From positions 14,726 to 78,725 of the IMG/VR virus record IMGVR_UViG_3300042898_001439: 64,000 bases of DNA; one strand, 5' to 3'. Below, piece after piece: positions 26,524 through 36,762 of this stretch (position 1 is its first letter; each line of letters begins with the position of its first letter). The translations under genes and the position numbers were made by a program. The DNA is from a virus. The notes beneath the pieces are model-generated. The model was given only the letters and a program-made list of their open reading frames with translations, searched no databases and was not told the DNA's origin.

Positions 26524-28331
26524 TACTTACAAGAGTTTTGTTTTCCTTTATTAATGTTTTCGGTAATCTTGGAATCAACAGACTCCTGTATATTAAAGGT
26601 AGCACCTAATCCTTGATTAACAATGCTTTCTTTAAGTTGATTAGCAACAGCTTCACCTATAGAGACTAAGTCTAATTGAAAAGACGGAGCTTTAACAACA
26701 TCTGATTTTTGTTTTATTTTAACTTTTGAAACTGGTTCAGTTTTTACCTCTACTGCTTTTTGAGTTTCTAACTGTAAAGCAGGATCAAATGAAAGATTAA
26801 AGTAAGGTTTAGTAGTCTCCTCCAATCTTGCTGTAGTATTAAAATACTTAAGCATGTAATCAGTAGCAGATAGCGTATTATACTTCAAAGAATTTTGATC
26901 GTAATAAGGAATATCTACAGAGCCATTTGAACTAATGGGTGCATTGGCTCTATAAGTTGATGTTACAACACCTGATGCAGATTCAGTAACAGACTTCAAA
27001 ATTTGAGTGAGTGCTTCTTCTGTAACAGGTTGTCCTTTATAGAGAATAGCCGTCTCTCTTACTCTAATGTCTTTTGTAAATAACAAAGACTCAAAAATTT
27101 CTTTTTTTGTTTGATAGGGAACAGAAGTATCAAAAAGATATTTTGCTAAGATCTCAGCAGGTATTACATCTGTAATTCCAGGTCTATCAATTCTAATTAA
27201 TTTATTAGAAAAAGAAACATTAAAATATGCTCTTCCTGTCGCAGGATCTACTTCATAAATAAACTCTTCTCCAAAAGACTTAAAATCAATCTCAGAAAGT
27301 TTTATTGGATTACCGGAATCAAAGGTTACAGAAGCTCCAGCACTAGTATTAATATCTAGATAAATCTTTTGATCAGGATTAACCTGCAAAGCTTCTCTAA
27401 TATTATATAAAGTACGATATTCTTTTTGTCTTGCCTCTTGAGCTATGTCAATATCTACTCCAGCCGCAGATGCAACTTCTGATATAGGTGCTTCTCCTTT
27501 TACGGTAAATACACCATTAACCAAGGAAGGCTTATTTATAACATATTGTGGAGTTGTACCCTCTTCAGCAATATTACCGGCAGCATCTACTTTAACAGGA
27601 TTACCCTCAGCATTAACAATAATAGCTTTTACTCCGGCATATTCAGGATTAGCTTCAAGAAAATCTTTTTCTCTTGTAGGTATTTCACCCTCAAAAGATC
27701 TTGAATCAATTATCTGAATACGTAAACTACTATAAACAGAATCATTTGTTTTTTTACCCTGATGATACTTAGCAATAAACTGTTGAGAAGCCTGTATGAT
27801 TGGATCAATATTTCCTTCCGGTATAACATTAAATGCTGTTAAAGCACTTTTACCAACAGCTTTAAAAGGAACAGAAATAGCAGACTTATTTGTAGGCACT
27901 GCTGTACCTAATACAACTTCTGAAGATGCTCCTAATGTTTCGTCTTCTTGTAGATCTAAGCTAGCTTCATTATTTGCAAGAACCTCTTCTTTCTTTTGTT
28001 CTGCTGCTTCATTACCAATACCCAAATAAGTACCTACAGCATCAAAATTTTCAAACGTATCTCTAAGCATATCAAACTCTGCAAAAGCAGGTCTAAGATG
28101 CTTTACTGCTTCTTTGTTTACAGAATAGATTGCTACTAAATTATTCGGAATAAACGATGCAAATGTCTGAGCCTTTGCTCGGTCACCGGTCTTTTCAAAG
28201 ATTTGTTTGTACGTATCCTTGATGTAATTCTCTAAAGAAAAGGATTGACCTGAACGTGCAGACGCTAGTACGTCTCCCACCATCTTGGCAAGAAACTTTT
28301 CTTTCAGCTTATCAGAAACAGCACAAATCAT
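26523..28331 (-). CDS. Virion cargo/ejection-cluster protein (602 aa)
   Basis: Translationally coupled between the 1215-aa protein and the RNAP; no recognisable motif. Confidence 0.7.
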   Translation of the reverse strand: MICAVSDKLKEKFLAKMVGDVLASARSGQSFSLENYIKDTYKQIFEKTGDRAKAQTFASFIPNNLVAIYSVNKEAVKHLRPAFAEFDMLRDTFENFDAVGTYLGIGNEAAEQKKEEVLANNEASLDLQEDETLGASSEVVLGTAVPTNKSAISVPFKAVGKSALTAFNVIPEGNIDPIIQASQQFIAKYHQGKKTNDSVYSSLRIQIIDSRSFEGEIPTREKDFLEANPEYAGVKAIIVNAEGNPVKVDAAGNIAEEGTTPQYVINKPSLVNGVFTVKGEAPISEVASAAGVDIDIAQEARQKEYRTLYNIREALQVNPDQKIYLDINTSAGASVTFDSGNPIKLSEIDFKSFGEEFIYEVDPATGRAYFNVSFSNKLIRIDRPGITDVIPAEILAKYLFDTSVPYQTKKEIFESLLFTKDIRVRETAILYKGQPVTEEALTQILKSVTESASGVVTSTYRANAPISSNGSVDIPYYDQNSLKYNTLSATDYMLKYFNTTARLEETTKPYFNLSFDPALQLETQKAVEVKTEPVSKVKIKQKSDVVKAPSFQLDLVSIGEAVANQLKESIVNQGLGATFNIQESVDSKITENINKGKQNSCK

Positions 28332-28332
28332 T

Positions 28333-31300
28333 TTAACACTCGTTTATATTATCAAAGAAGTCTTCATCAAGATCTTCTTTAGGTTTAGAAGCAGCATCAT
28401 CAATAATTCTATTCTGCTTATTCATCATATCCTCACTAGTAGGAATAGATTCTTCGGCAAGAGTCTTCTCCTCTTCTGTAACAGCAGGAATAACTTCTCC
28501 GGCATCTGACCCAAGTTCAGCTTTTCTTTCAGCAATTCTAGTCATAATAACGTTTGCGGTTGCATCATCAAGATCTCCATCAAGGGATACCTCTGATTCA
28601 ATTCTTTTAAGATCGGCAATAGATGTAGCTGACTCTACTCTAGCAGAATATTTATTTGTAGTTGGTGTCTCAGCAAAAGCTTCTTCTGCAGTTGCCGGAA
28701 CAATTCCTGTTTCTTCTACTTGAGGATTAGCAGCAAAATATTCTCTAATTCTAGCTTGTGGAGTTGGGAATGTAGCGTACTGAACCACACTTCTAATAAG
28801 GTTCTCATCATTGGCTCTACGCTTAGCATTCTCACGCTCAAACATATTATCAATAATGTCCTTAAGTTCTTGCGGTAGATCAGAATACTGGTATTTCTGA
28901 GTTGGCCCTGCAGGTTCTTCAGTAGTAACTCTTACGGGCTCTGCAAATTCAGTTGCAACAGTAGGTGCTTCTTCAGTCGGAGTAACTGGTGTTTCTAAAA
29001 CACCCTCTTCAGTCTGTACTTCTTCTTGTGGTTTAGCTCCAAACTCAGGTGCAAACAGACCAAGAAGATTTCTTACAGATGCAGCCTCTTCAGAGTTAAT
29101 GTCTACTTCTTTTCTACCTCTAACAGTATAAAGTTTAGTAGGCATCTTGCCCTCATCAAAGTATGCTTTTAATTCATCATAACCAATAAAGTATCCACTC
29201 TTGTAGATTTGATTAATGATCTCATTCTTTTGAGCATTCTTTTTAAAGAGATCTAAAGACTTGCCAAGATATACTCTCTTATTTACAATAACATCTTCAA
29301 TGGCAGCAGCATTTCTTCTTGCATATTCAGTTAGTCTTTCTGGACTGTTCAATGCATTAATAGCATCAATCAAACCAAACTGATCTCTACCCAGAGCAAT
29401 TGAATCTACAATAGACGTAATATCACTATCAATGTTTTGTGCATTTACTCTAGCACCTTTAGCTGTCAGACCTGCATAAGCAGCATAAGCTTCTCTAAGA
29501 CCTTCTATTGCTTTTGCTCTTTTCTCTTGAGCTGCTTCAGATATATCAGATGCATTTTTGCCAGTAATAAGTTTTTCATATCTCTGACGGGCAATCCTGT
29601 ATTTATCAAGAGCCTTTCTTTTAGCTTTCTTTTCTGCAAGTAGTTGCTTTTGTTCAGGAGTAGTTGCTTCAGCAAGAACTTCCTTACTTAAAAGATCTAG
29701 TTCATTAGTTAATGCGGGAAGACTAGTAACCACATCAACATCAGAGGATGTAGTATTACCAGAAGTATTACGTTTAGAAATATCAGTCTTTAATGATTCA
29801 AATCTTTCTTTAGTCTTTTCTTGAGTTTCCTGTAAGAATATCAAATCTCTTTTAGCTTGCTCATATGAAAAGTGATTAAGTCTTACTCTATTGTAAGCAT
29901 CACTACCAGCAGCATATTGAGAAGCATCAAAAGGATTACCGTATTGCTTTTCTACTTCTTTAAATTTTTTCTGAAGATTGTCAGCATATACTACGGTCTC
30001 AGTAATTCTTTGTCTAGCTTCAGCAGCATCATCTAAACCAGTTGCCTCCATAACACCTTGATCATCAAGCTGTTGTAAAGAAGCAAGCTTCTGTTTAAAG
30101 TTATCCATTTGGCCTGTCTGAAGAACAGTCATCAAGTGACCAAAACGAAGTTCTTCAAGAACGTCTTTTGCTTTCTTCTCATCACCTTGTTGCTTAGCCT
30201 GCTGCCACTCAGCAAGAGCTTTACTCTGATCAATGTAGTTCTTGATTCTAGGATTGAAAAGAGAATAAACATCTTTAGATCCGTTATTAAGAATATCAAC
30301 AAGCTCCTGAGTTCTTTCAGCTTGTTGTTGATTAAGTGTTCTGATTTCTTCTCTACCGGTAGAAGTTGCAGACTTCATAAGTCTAGATAACTTATTACCA
30401 CCAACTCCAGTTATTCCACCAATAAACGCACCTGACATAAAGGTTTCCAAACCTTGTGCTGAAAACTGATCAGCAAGTGCTTCACTACTATATCTTCTAA
30501 GGGCAGGATCTGCTGCAAGATTTAGTACTTCACCAACACCATCAAATGTTCCTCTCATATCTTGAAAAGGAATATTCAACGGATCTGATAGTATGCTACT
30601 ATAGTAATCTTTATAAGACTGTGATACAATCTCCTGGAAGTTTTCTTGAAGACCTTCTGATACTGCAGGTAAAAATACGTTTCTACCAAATCTAGAAATA
30701 GATCCAGCAGTAAATGCATTTCTTAATCCATTCTTAAAGCCTTTACCAACTGTCTCATATACACCATTTGCAGTCTGACGAATGCCATACTTAGAAAGAT
30801 CAGATGTCATATCACCAGCCTTACCAAATACTCTTGAAGCAGTCTTACCCATTCCAAGAAGTGGCTTCATTACAATAGCATCGGTAAGATAAATAACTGG
30901 AAGGTTAGCCATTACAGCTCTGTCACCAGCTTCTTTAGAAGCTTTAGAAATATTCTCAAGCTCTTCAGTTGACGGCATTACACCAAACTGATCATAATAA
31001 TTATTAAGAGCTTCTCTATATAGTTCATTCTGAACAAAGCCACCTTCTAATTGAGCTTCAGTAGCCGCCGCTTTTACAAGCTGTACTTCTTTAAATAGGG
31101 CCCCGGCACCACGAACAGCAGAGGGTAAATCTTCTCCAATAGCAGCAGCTTTAAAAGCATCACTAACATACTCACTCATATTAGGCATTACTACTTTACC
31201 AATACCACCAGCTCCAGATTTAATCCAGTTTGGTGTGCTAGCTGAAATTGCATTTAATGCTGAAGCAGCTTTAGAAGGAGTAGTAATATCATCTAATGCG

Positions 31301-31980
31301 CTAACAACTCTTCCTGCTTTGATAGCATCATCAACTTTTGATATACCTCTAACACCTTGGAATATTTTTGAACCTAGCACACCAACACCGGCTTCAGGTC
31401 CAAGTAGCGCAGATGCAATAACACCCTCACCAAGACCTTCTACAACCATACCAGCCATAAAACCAAGATTAATAGCATTGTTTGCAAGAAATCCCTGTAC
31501 TCCACCCTCTGTAGAACCATAAAGTCTATTTATCTCTTCAAATCTAGCAGCAGCTGCAGGATCTGATTCAAACATAGTGTCCCAGTTTCCAGTAATAAGA
31601 TCATAAGTACCTTCTGCCATATCAGCAGCAGTGGTTGCTGTATTAAGCAACATGCCCTGAAGACCTCTACCAATCTCTCCCCAAGCACTTGAGTGAGCAT
31701 TATAAAGAGATTCATTATCAGCATACGGAGTAAATCCTAGCTCATCAAAGTTTGATCTACGAGCATAACGATAGTAGTTTGTCTCATGCAAACCAAAAGG
31801 TTCCGGAGCTTTTAACTCTACTAAAGGTTTAACATCTGCTTGAATTGAAGGTGTCCAATTAGGATTTGTAGAAGAATTTTCTTTAATAAGTCTTTGTAAT
31901 ACAGGATCACCATATCCTTGAAGCTTACGAGGATCTGGCAAATTATCACCGCTTATACTTTGTAGTGAATTTAAATCCAT
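28333..31980 (-). CDS. Virion ejection protein (1215 aa) with Gly/Ala-rich membrane-inserting segments
   Basis: LGFMAGMVVEGLGEGVIASALLG, SEGLQENFQE, FMSGAFIGGITGVGG; coiled coils; acidic P/T/E linker. Confidence 0.72.
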   Translation of the reverse strand: MDLNSLQSISGDNLPDPRKLQGYGDPVLQRLIKENSSTNPNWTPSIQADVKPLVELKAPEPFGLHETNYYRYARRSNFDELGFTPYADNESLYNAHSSAWGEIGRGLQGMLLNTATTAADMAEGTYDLITGNWDTMFESDPAAAARFEEINRLYGSTEGGVQGFLANNAINLGFMAGMVVEGLGEGVIASALLGPEAGVGVLGSKIFQGVRGISKVDDAIKAGRVVSALDDITTPSKAASALNAISASTPNWIKSGAGGIGKVVMPNMSEYVSDAFKAAAIGEDLPSAVRGAGALFKEVQLVKAAATEAQLEGGFVQNELYREALNNYYDQFGVMPSTEELENISKASKEAGDRAVMANLPVIYLTDAIVMKPLLGMGKTASRVFGKAGDMTSDLSKYGIRQTANGVYETVGKGFKNGLRNAFTAGSISRFGRNVFLPAVSEGLQENFQEIVSQSYKDYYSSILSDPLNIPFQDMRGTFDGVGEVLNLAADPALRRYSSEALADQFSAQGLETFMSGAFIGGITGVGGNKLSRLMKSATSTGREEIRTLNQQQAERTQELVDILNNGSKDVYSLFNPRIKNYIDQSKALAEWQQAKQQGDEKKAKDVLEELRFGHLMTVLQTGQMDNFKQKLASLQQLDDQGVMEATGLDDAAEARQRITETVVYADNLQKKFKEVEKQYGNPFDASQYAAGSDAYNRVRLNHFSYEQAKRDLIFLQETQEKTKERFESLKTDISKRNTSGNTTSSDVDVVTSLPALTNELDLLSKEVLAEATTPEQKQLLAEKKAKRKALDKYRIARQRYEKLITGKNASDISEAAQEKRAKAIEGLREAYAAYAGLTAKGARVNAQNIDSDITSIVDSIALGRDQFGLIDAINALNSPERLTEYARRNAAAIEDVIVNKRVYLGKSLDLFKKNAQKNEIINQIYKSGYFIGYDELKAYFDEGKMPTKLYTVRGRKEVDINSEEAASVRNLLGLFAPEFGAKPQEEVQTEEGVLETPVTPTEEAPTVATEFAEPVRVTTEEPAGPTQKYQYSDLPQELKDIIDNMFERENAKRRANDENLIRSVVQYATFPTPQARIREYFAANPQVEETGIVPATAEEAFAETPTTNKYSARVESATSIADLKRIESEVSLDGDLDDATANVIMTRIAERKAELGSDAGEVIPAVTEEEKTLAEESIPTSEDMMNKQNRIIDDAASKPKEDLDEDFFDNINEC

Positions 31981-31983
31981 AGC

Positions 31984-34773
31984 TTAGAAGCCTTGGTAGA
32001 TATTTTCTGCTTGTAATACAATTTCAGCAAGAGGATCAATAGCTTCTCCACGATTTCTCCTTGCTTCTAATTTTTTAAATTCCTCATTAAGAGTGTATTC
32101 TAAATATTCACCGATAGGAACAGTCTTACCATTATCAACTCTAAAACCAATTACTTCTAGCTGATTAACACCAGGATTATATGTTATAGTCATTTGACCA
32201 CCGTCTCCTGTTGCATTTCCACCAAAGCTTATCTTATTATTCAATAGGAATCTTTGCTGTGCTGATGTAAGCTTTTTAGTACCAATAATATTAGCAGGAA
32301 GTGATCCAGCGGGAAACTTTAAAGTAATACCACTACTCATCATATCATTAATGATGGTAGCATCTGTCATACTTGTCTTACCCTTATCAGAAGTCTCAGT
32401 AATAAGCTTTGCAGTATTCTCATCAGGAATAATGTGAACATACTGTGGTTTATCAGGACCTTCCTGATATACGTTAACACTAACACCTCTAAGTGTTCCG
32501 GTATTTTCTTTCTGCTTTTGAAGGACAACATCAGTCATTATACGTACAGCATTTGCCAACCCACCTTCAACCTTCTTATAATCTTTCTGATCTGCTTTGA
32601 TATTGGTAGTAAATTCACCAGTAACATATTCAGCATTACCTGCACTAAGTGCATTTGCAGCTGTAGACAAAACAACATCAGCACTAGTATTTGCAATATT
32701 GGTTGCACGTCCAAGACTCCTTGCATAAGGAACAATACCACCAACACCAATCTTAGAACCTAAACTATTTGTTTGTTTACCGAGTTCAACAAATTTATCG
32801 GCAACTGTAGACCTGCCCACTAATTTATTAAATGAAAAAGCAGAACCCATTAGTTGATCAAACTCTTCCCTAGCATCTTCTTCATAACTATCTAATAAGC
32901 CAAATCTAGTACCTGCTAAAGAAAGAGTTGAAAGTGTATTACCCATCATCATTCCTGACATATCGCGGCCTTCTAATTGAACAGCTCTATCTTTTGCGTA
33001 AGCAGCTTTTAACTCTTCAAGAGAATCTGCTCCAGTAGTATCAATAAGATTCAATAAAGTTCTTCTAGCTGCTTCATCTCGTACTCCTGAAACAATAGCG
33101 GCTCTAAGATTACCTCTATATTCAGTTGATAGAGAACCGTAAACTGAAGTATAATTATCAAGCTGTGAAAGTTTTCCTGCTAGACGTTTATGAGCTTCAG
33201 CAGGTAATGAAGCCGCTTCTTTAAGAGCTGTAGCTTTTTTAACGATAAGACTTCTTTCTCGATCATTAAGCTCATTGATAGCTTTACCCTTTAAATCTTG
33301 AGGATATCTATTAGCGTAAAACTTAATAATATCATTTTCAGCAACTTTTACATTAGAAGCAGAAGCAGTTAACTCTGTTTCTTTTATATTATAAATAGTT
33401 TCAGGATTATCCTCGCTAAATTGAGTTTGAGCAGTCAACGGAATATCTACTTCTTGTGATGTAGCAGTAGCAGTAGCAGTGGTTGCTGCAGCCATAGCAT
33501 CAAGTTGAGCTTTATAAAGTAATTCTTCTTTCTTATTTCTCAGTTCTAAATTCTTTTTAAACTGCTCCAATGCATATGGATTCTGCTCCATTGTTTGAGA
33601 GAATCTAGACATTGCAAGTCTATTAGCAATAGTGCCCACTCTATTTTGAAATGCTAGAGAATCAAGCTGTTCTGGAGTGTAAGTCTTACCGTTAATTCTT
33701 AAAGTGTAAGGAGCTGTAGCTTTAGACTTTGTAGTTGTTGTGGCAATAACACTATTTGTTTCTTGCTTAATACCTTGCTGAAGCTTTTTCAACTGCTCTG
33801 CAGTTTTTTGCAAACGGTCTCTTACGCTTAGAGCATCATCTGTAAGGGGTACATTATCGGTGTTTTCACCCTTTGCCAATTCTCTTGTAACAGTTTCGGC
33901 AACCTCCACCTCTTCATTAATCTGATCAATTACCTTTTTACTCTCAGCTTCAAGGAAATTAATTTCTCCAGAATACTTCTGCTGGTAAAATGCAGCTTCT
34001 GTAGCAATTTTATCACCGTTATAGTTCATTAGATTAGCCTCAACAAAATCTCTCTTCTGCATCTGATTTTCAAGAGCAATGTTTTGTCTAACTAAAGGAT
34101 CACCATAAAATTCAGAAAGCAGACCAGCTCTAAGATTTCCCTCTACAAGCTTACCACCTTTCGTTTTTACAATCCATTGACCAGTATTCTGTTCAATTTC
34201 TACGTCATAGTCTTGACGATTAAAAAAGTCAAGAGCCATCTTCTCAATATTAATACCTGGAAGATAGCTAGGTGCTTGCATGTTCACTGCTTCACTAGGA
34301 CTAGCAGCTCTAAAATCTTGCAAAAAGTAATTCAATTGCTTTAAAGAATCTTCATTATATAGATCTCTTTCTGCAGGATTCAAAGACGTTGCTTGCTGTT
34401 GTGCTTTTATCTGAGCATCTCTTACAGCACGAGTATTCAAGATGTCACGGATGTACATCTTATTATCTGCTAAAGGGTTAAACACAGCTTCAGCAGCTTT
34501 TACATTTCTAGGATCTGTTAAATCGGCACCCGCAACCTGCTTAACAAACTCATCAGCATTCTTTTTGTACTGATCTCTAAGGGCAACATTGTCCTCTCTG
34601 GTTAAATCACCATCAATAATAGAATTGTAACGCTGAGCAAAATCTGCAAAGTTTTTTTTCTGAGTAGCGGATAGTTGTGCTTGCCCCTGAGCCAGAAAGT
34701 TCCAGTCAGGAGTAAATGCTTGCACATCTTGTATGCGAGCATTCTGAAAAATATTATCAATATATGATGCCAT
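31984..34773 (-). CDS. Virion cargo/ejection protein (929 aa)
   Basis: Helical, Cys-free, first gene of the giant-protein operon. Confidence 0.7.
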   Translation of the reverse strand: MASYIDNIFQNARIQDVQAFTPDWNFLAQGQAQLSATQKKNFADFAQRYNSIIDGDLTREDNVALRDQYKKNADEFVKQVAGADLTDPRNVKAAEAVFNPLADNKMYIRDILNTRAVRDAQIKAQQQATSLNPAERDLYNEDSLKQLNYFLQDFRAASPSEAVNMQAPSYLPGINIEKMALDFFNRQDYDVEIEQNTGQWIVKTKGGKLVEGNLRAGLLSEFYGDPLVRQNIALENQMQKRDFVEANLMNYNGDKIATEAAFYQQKYSGEINFLEAESKKVIDQINEEVEVAETVTRELAKGENTDNVPLTDDALSVRDRLQKTAEQLKKLQQGIKQETNSVIATTTTKSKATAPYTLRINGKTYTPEQLDSLAFQNRVGTIANRLAMSRFSQTMEQNPYALEQFKKNLELRNKKEELLYKAQLDAMAAATTATATATSQEVDIPLTAQTQFSEDNPETIYNIKETELTASASNVKVAENDIIKFYANRYPQDLKGKAINELNDRERSLIVKKATALKEAASLPAEAHKRLAGKLSQLDNYTSVYGSLSTEYRGNLRAAIVSGVRDEAARRTLLNLIDTTGADSLEELKAAYAKDRAVQLEGRDMSGMMMGNTLSTLSLAGTRFGLLDSYEEDAREEFDQLMGSAFSFNKLVGRSTVADKFVELGKQTNSLGSKIGVGGIVPYARSLGRATNIANTSADVVLSTAANALSAGNAEYVTGEFTTNIKADQKDYKKVEGGLANAVRIMTDVVLQKQKENTGTLRGVSVNVYQEGPDKPQYVHIIPDENTAKLITETSDKGKTSMTDATIINDMMSSGITLKFPAGSLPANIIGTKKLTSAQQRFLLNNKISFGGNATGDGGQMTITYNPGVNQLEVIGFRVDNGKTVPIGEYLEYTLNEEFKKLEARRNRGEAIDPLAEIVLQAENIYQGF

Positions 34774-34785
34774 GTATCTGTAGAT

Positions 34786-34805
34786 CTACATTAAAAGATA
34801 CGAAA
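34786..34805 (-). promoter_or_regulatory. Putative phage late promoter motif heading the ejection/RNAP operon
   Basis: TTTCGTATCTTTTAATGTAG. Confidence 0.55.
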
Positions 34806-34842
34806 AAATCTTGTAAGTTTTTAAACCTGAAAGGTTTATTAC

Positions 34843-36762
34843 TTATTCGGGAGACATAAATCCAAAACTAGGCATATAAGCATTAGATAGATATTGTCTA
34901 AGAGGATCAACCGATTGTTGTGCATTTTGAAAATTCTTTGACATCTGCTCATTTATATAAGCAGCTCTAAAAGCCGCATTCTCATCTTTTCCATCAGATC
35001 CAACTTTTACAGGGTGGAATGTAAATGCTTCTTGAGTAATTCTATTAATAGCGCTTTGTCTTTGATCTGATTGTTGTTGCTTAAATTTCTCAGGATCCTG
35101 CATTGCTCTGAGAACTTCAGGATTAGCTGTAATATCACCATACATACCAGGCATAGTATTAATCTGGAAGTCAGGGTAAAGCTGATTAAGCAACCCTGCT
35201 TTAGATCTATTAGTCTCAAGAGTGTTTCTGAGTTTGTTACCCATTGTGCGGTAACCTCTCATCTTCTCGTCATAAACCTCATCTACCTTAACTGTATCAT
35301 CATAAAGATTTTTAGCAAGCTGAGCATTCATCATTCTAGATTGATTACCAATCTGTGAATTATATTGATTAGCCCAGTTAGCAATACCTACATTCTGATT
35401 ACCAATTGTAGCAGCAACATTAGCAGCTTGATCAGCAGCTTCTCCGGAAATCTTAGAAGCCATTGAAGCTTGTCTTCCTGGACCAGCAAATGCACCAAGA
35501 GCTTCTACTGTACCTCTAGCACGTCCAGCAATTTGTTGCTGCTGACGAGTATCATCCAAGTAAGTAGGATCAAATGGTGTAAGCGGAACTCTTGGAGCGT
35601 ATGGGTATCTTCTTGTTTCACTAAATCTATTCCTAAGATTAGTGTACATGTTATTTACATCCTGCTGGAAAGGATAAGTTTTATTTTTAGGGTTAGGTGT
35701 AAATGTAGGTGTAGGTGTTGGTGTTAGTTCTGGTTCTGGTTCTGGTGTTAGTTTTGGTTCTGGTTCTGGTGTTGGTGTAGCTAAAGGATCAAGCTGTCTT
35801 GCACCAAAGTAGCTATCAGCATAAGCAGAACGAAGATTCTTTAGATCTTCATCAGAAAGAGACTTAGGATCAATCTGACCTTTTTCATACTTAGACTTAA
35901 GTGAAGGATCCTTCAAACCTTTAGCAGTCAAACCGTAAGTTCCCCACATATTTTTTACAACATCTGGCTCATTCTCTAACATATAGTCGTAGATTTTTTC
36001 TTGAGCTTGTTTGTTAGAAAGCTTAGTCACTCCCGGAATAGCAGATTCCCACTGAGACAAATAATCAATATCTCTATCAAATATATTCTGCTTACCTGTA
36101 GGAGTTACAGTTCCAGCTTTTGTTTTACCACCAGGATAAAGAGTAATACCCTTTTGAGCTTTAGGAATATAACCACCATAAGCAGCCATAGGTGCACCCA
36201 TAATACCTTCTGCATAATCAGCAGCTACTGCAGGAATACCCTGCGGAAATCCTTTCATTGCTTCCTGGTAGAATGCAATCTCACCAGCCTTATCCTTGTA
36301 CTTATCAATCATAGCTTGTGCAGTTCTTTTTTGAATGGGATCTGCATTTTGATCATAAAGAGTATTAGTAAAATCATTAACTCCTAAAAAAGGCTTAACA
36401 AGTTTTGCAGGAGTAGTGGGCTTTGTTTTACCGTACTTAGCAAGAAACCCTGAATCCTTAATCTTCATCTTTCTTGTATCAGAATAAATAAAAGATCCTG
36501 GATCTAAATTAAGCGGTGTACCACCATTAGAATGTCTCTGACCACCAATGTTGTAAAGACCCATCATTCCGGTATTGCCAAGATCAGTCATAGCAACTTC
36601 ACCCCTTTCTGCTTCAAGATTTGCCATACCTCTAGGAATAGGTGAAAGACTTTTATTAACCGATCCACCTTCTGCCATGTGTGCACTGTCTTCCATAACA
36701 GTACCGTCAGGCATCATATGATACCCTTGGGGCAAACTCTTAATTCTTACTTTTCTTTTCAT
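34843..36762 (-). CDS. crAss-like internal virion protein (639 aa)
   Basis: NLEAERGE...GQRHSNGG...FIYSD motif set typical of crAss-like cargo proteins; P/T/E linker; Q/N/A-rich helical C-terminal half. Confidence 0.7.
   Translation of the reverse strand: MKRKVRIKSLPQGYHMMPDGTVMEDSAHMAEGGSVNKSLSPIPRGMANLEAERGEVAMTDLGNTGMMGLYNIGGQRHSNGGTPLNLDPGSFIYSDTRKMKIKDSGFLAKYGKTKPTTPAKLVKPFLGVNDFTNTLYDQNADPIQKRTAQAMIDKYKDKAGEIAFYQEAMKGFPQGIPAVAADYAEGIMGAPMAAYGGYIPKAQKGITLYPGGKTKAGTVTPTGKQNIFDRDIDYLSQWESAIPGVTKLSNKQAQEKIYDYMLENEPDVVKNMWGTYGLTAKGLKDPSLKSKYEKGQIDPKSLSDEDLKNLRSAYADSYFGARQLDPLATPTPEPEPKLTPEPEPELTPTPTPTFTPNPKNKTYPFQQDVNNMYTNLRNRFSETRRYPYAPRVPLTPFDPTYLDDTRQQQQIAGRARGTVEALGAFAGPGRQASMASKISGEAADQAANVAATIGNQNVGIANWANQYNSQIGNQSRMMNAQLAKNLYDDTVKVDEVYDEKMRGYRTMGNKLRNTLETNRSKAGLLNQLYPDFQINTMPGMYGDITANPEVLRAMQDPEKFKQQQSDQRQSAINRITQEAFTFHPVKVGSDGKDENAAFRAAYINEQMSKNFQNAQQSVDPLRQYLSNAYMPSFGFMSPE
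35690..35780 (-). repeat. Pro/Thr/Glu low-complexity repeat (TPTPEPEPKLTPEPEPELTPTPTPTFTPNP)
   Basis: Tandem TGGTTC/TGGTGT hexamers. Confidence 0.8.

Noticed and set aside
13835-31980. Giant genes as one frameshifted or broken ORF
   Set aside because: Each junction has a clean stop with coupled ATG and a terminal Cys on both sides, which argues for deliberate separate genes rather than sequencing errors.
34822-34838. N4-type hairpin promoter for the virion RNAP (TAAACCT-GAA-AGGTTTA)
   Set aside because: Single AT-rich instance in the late region with no repeated copies; insufficient support.
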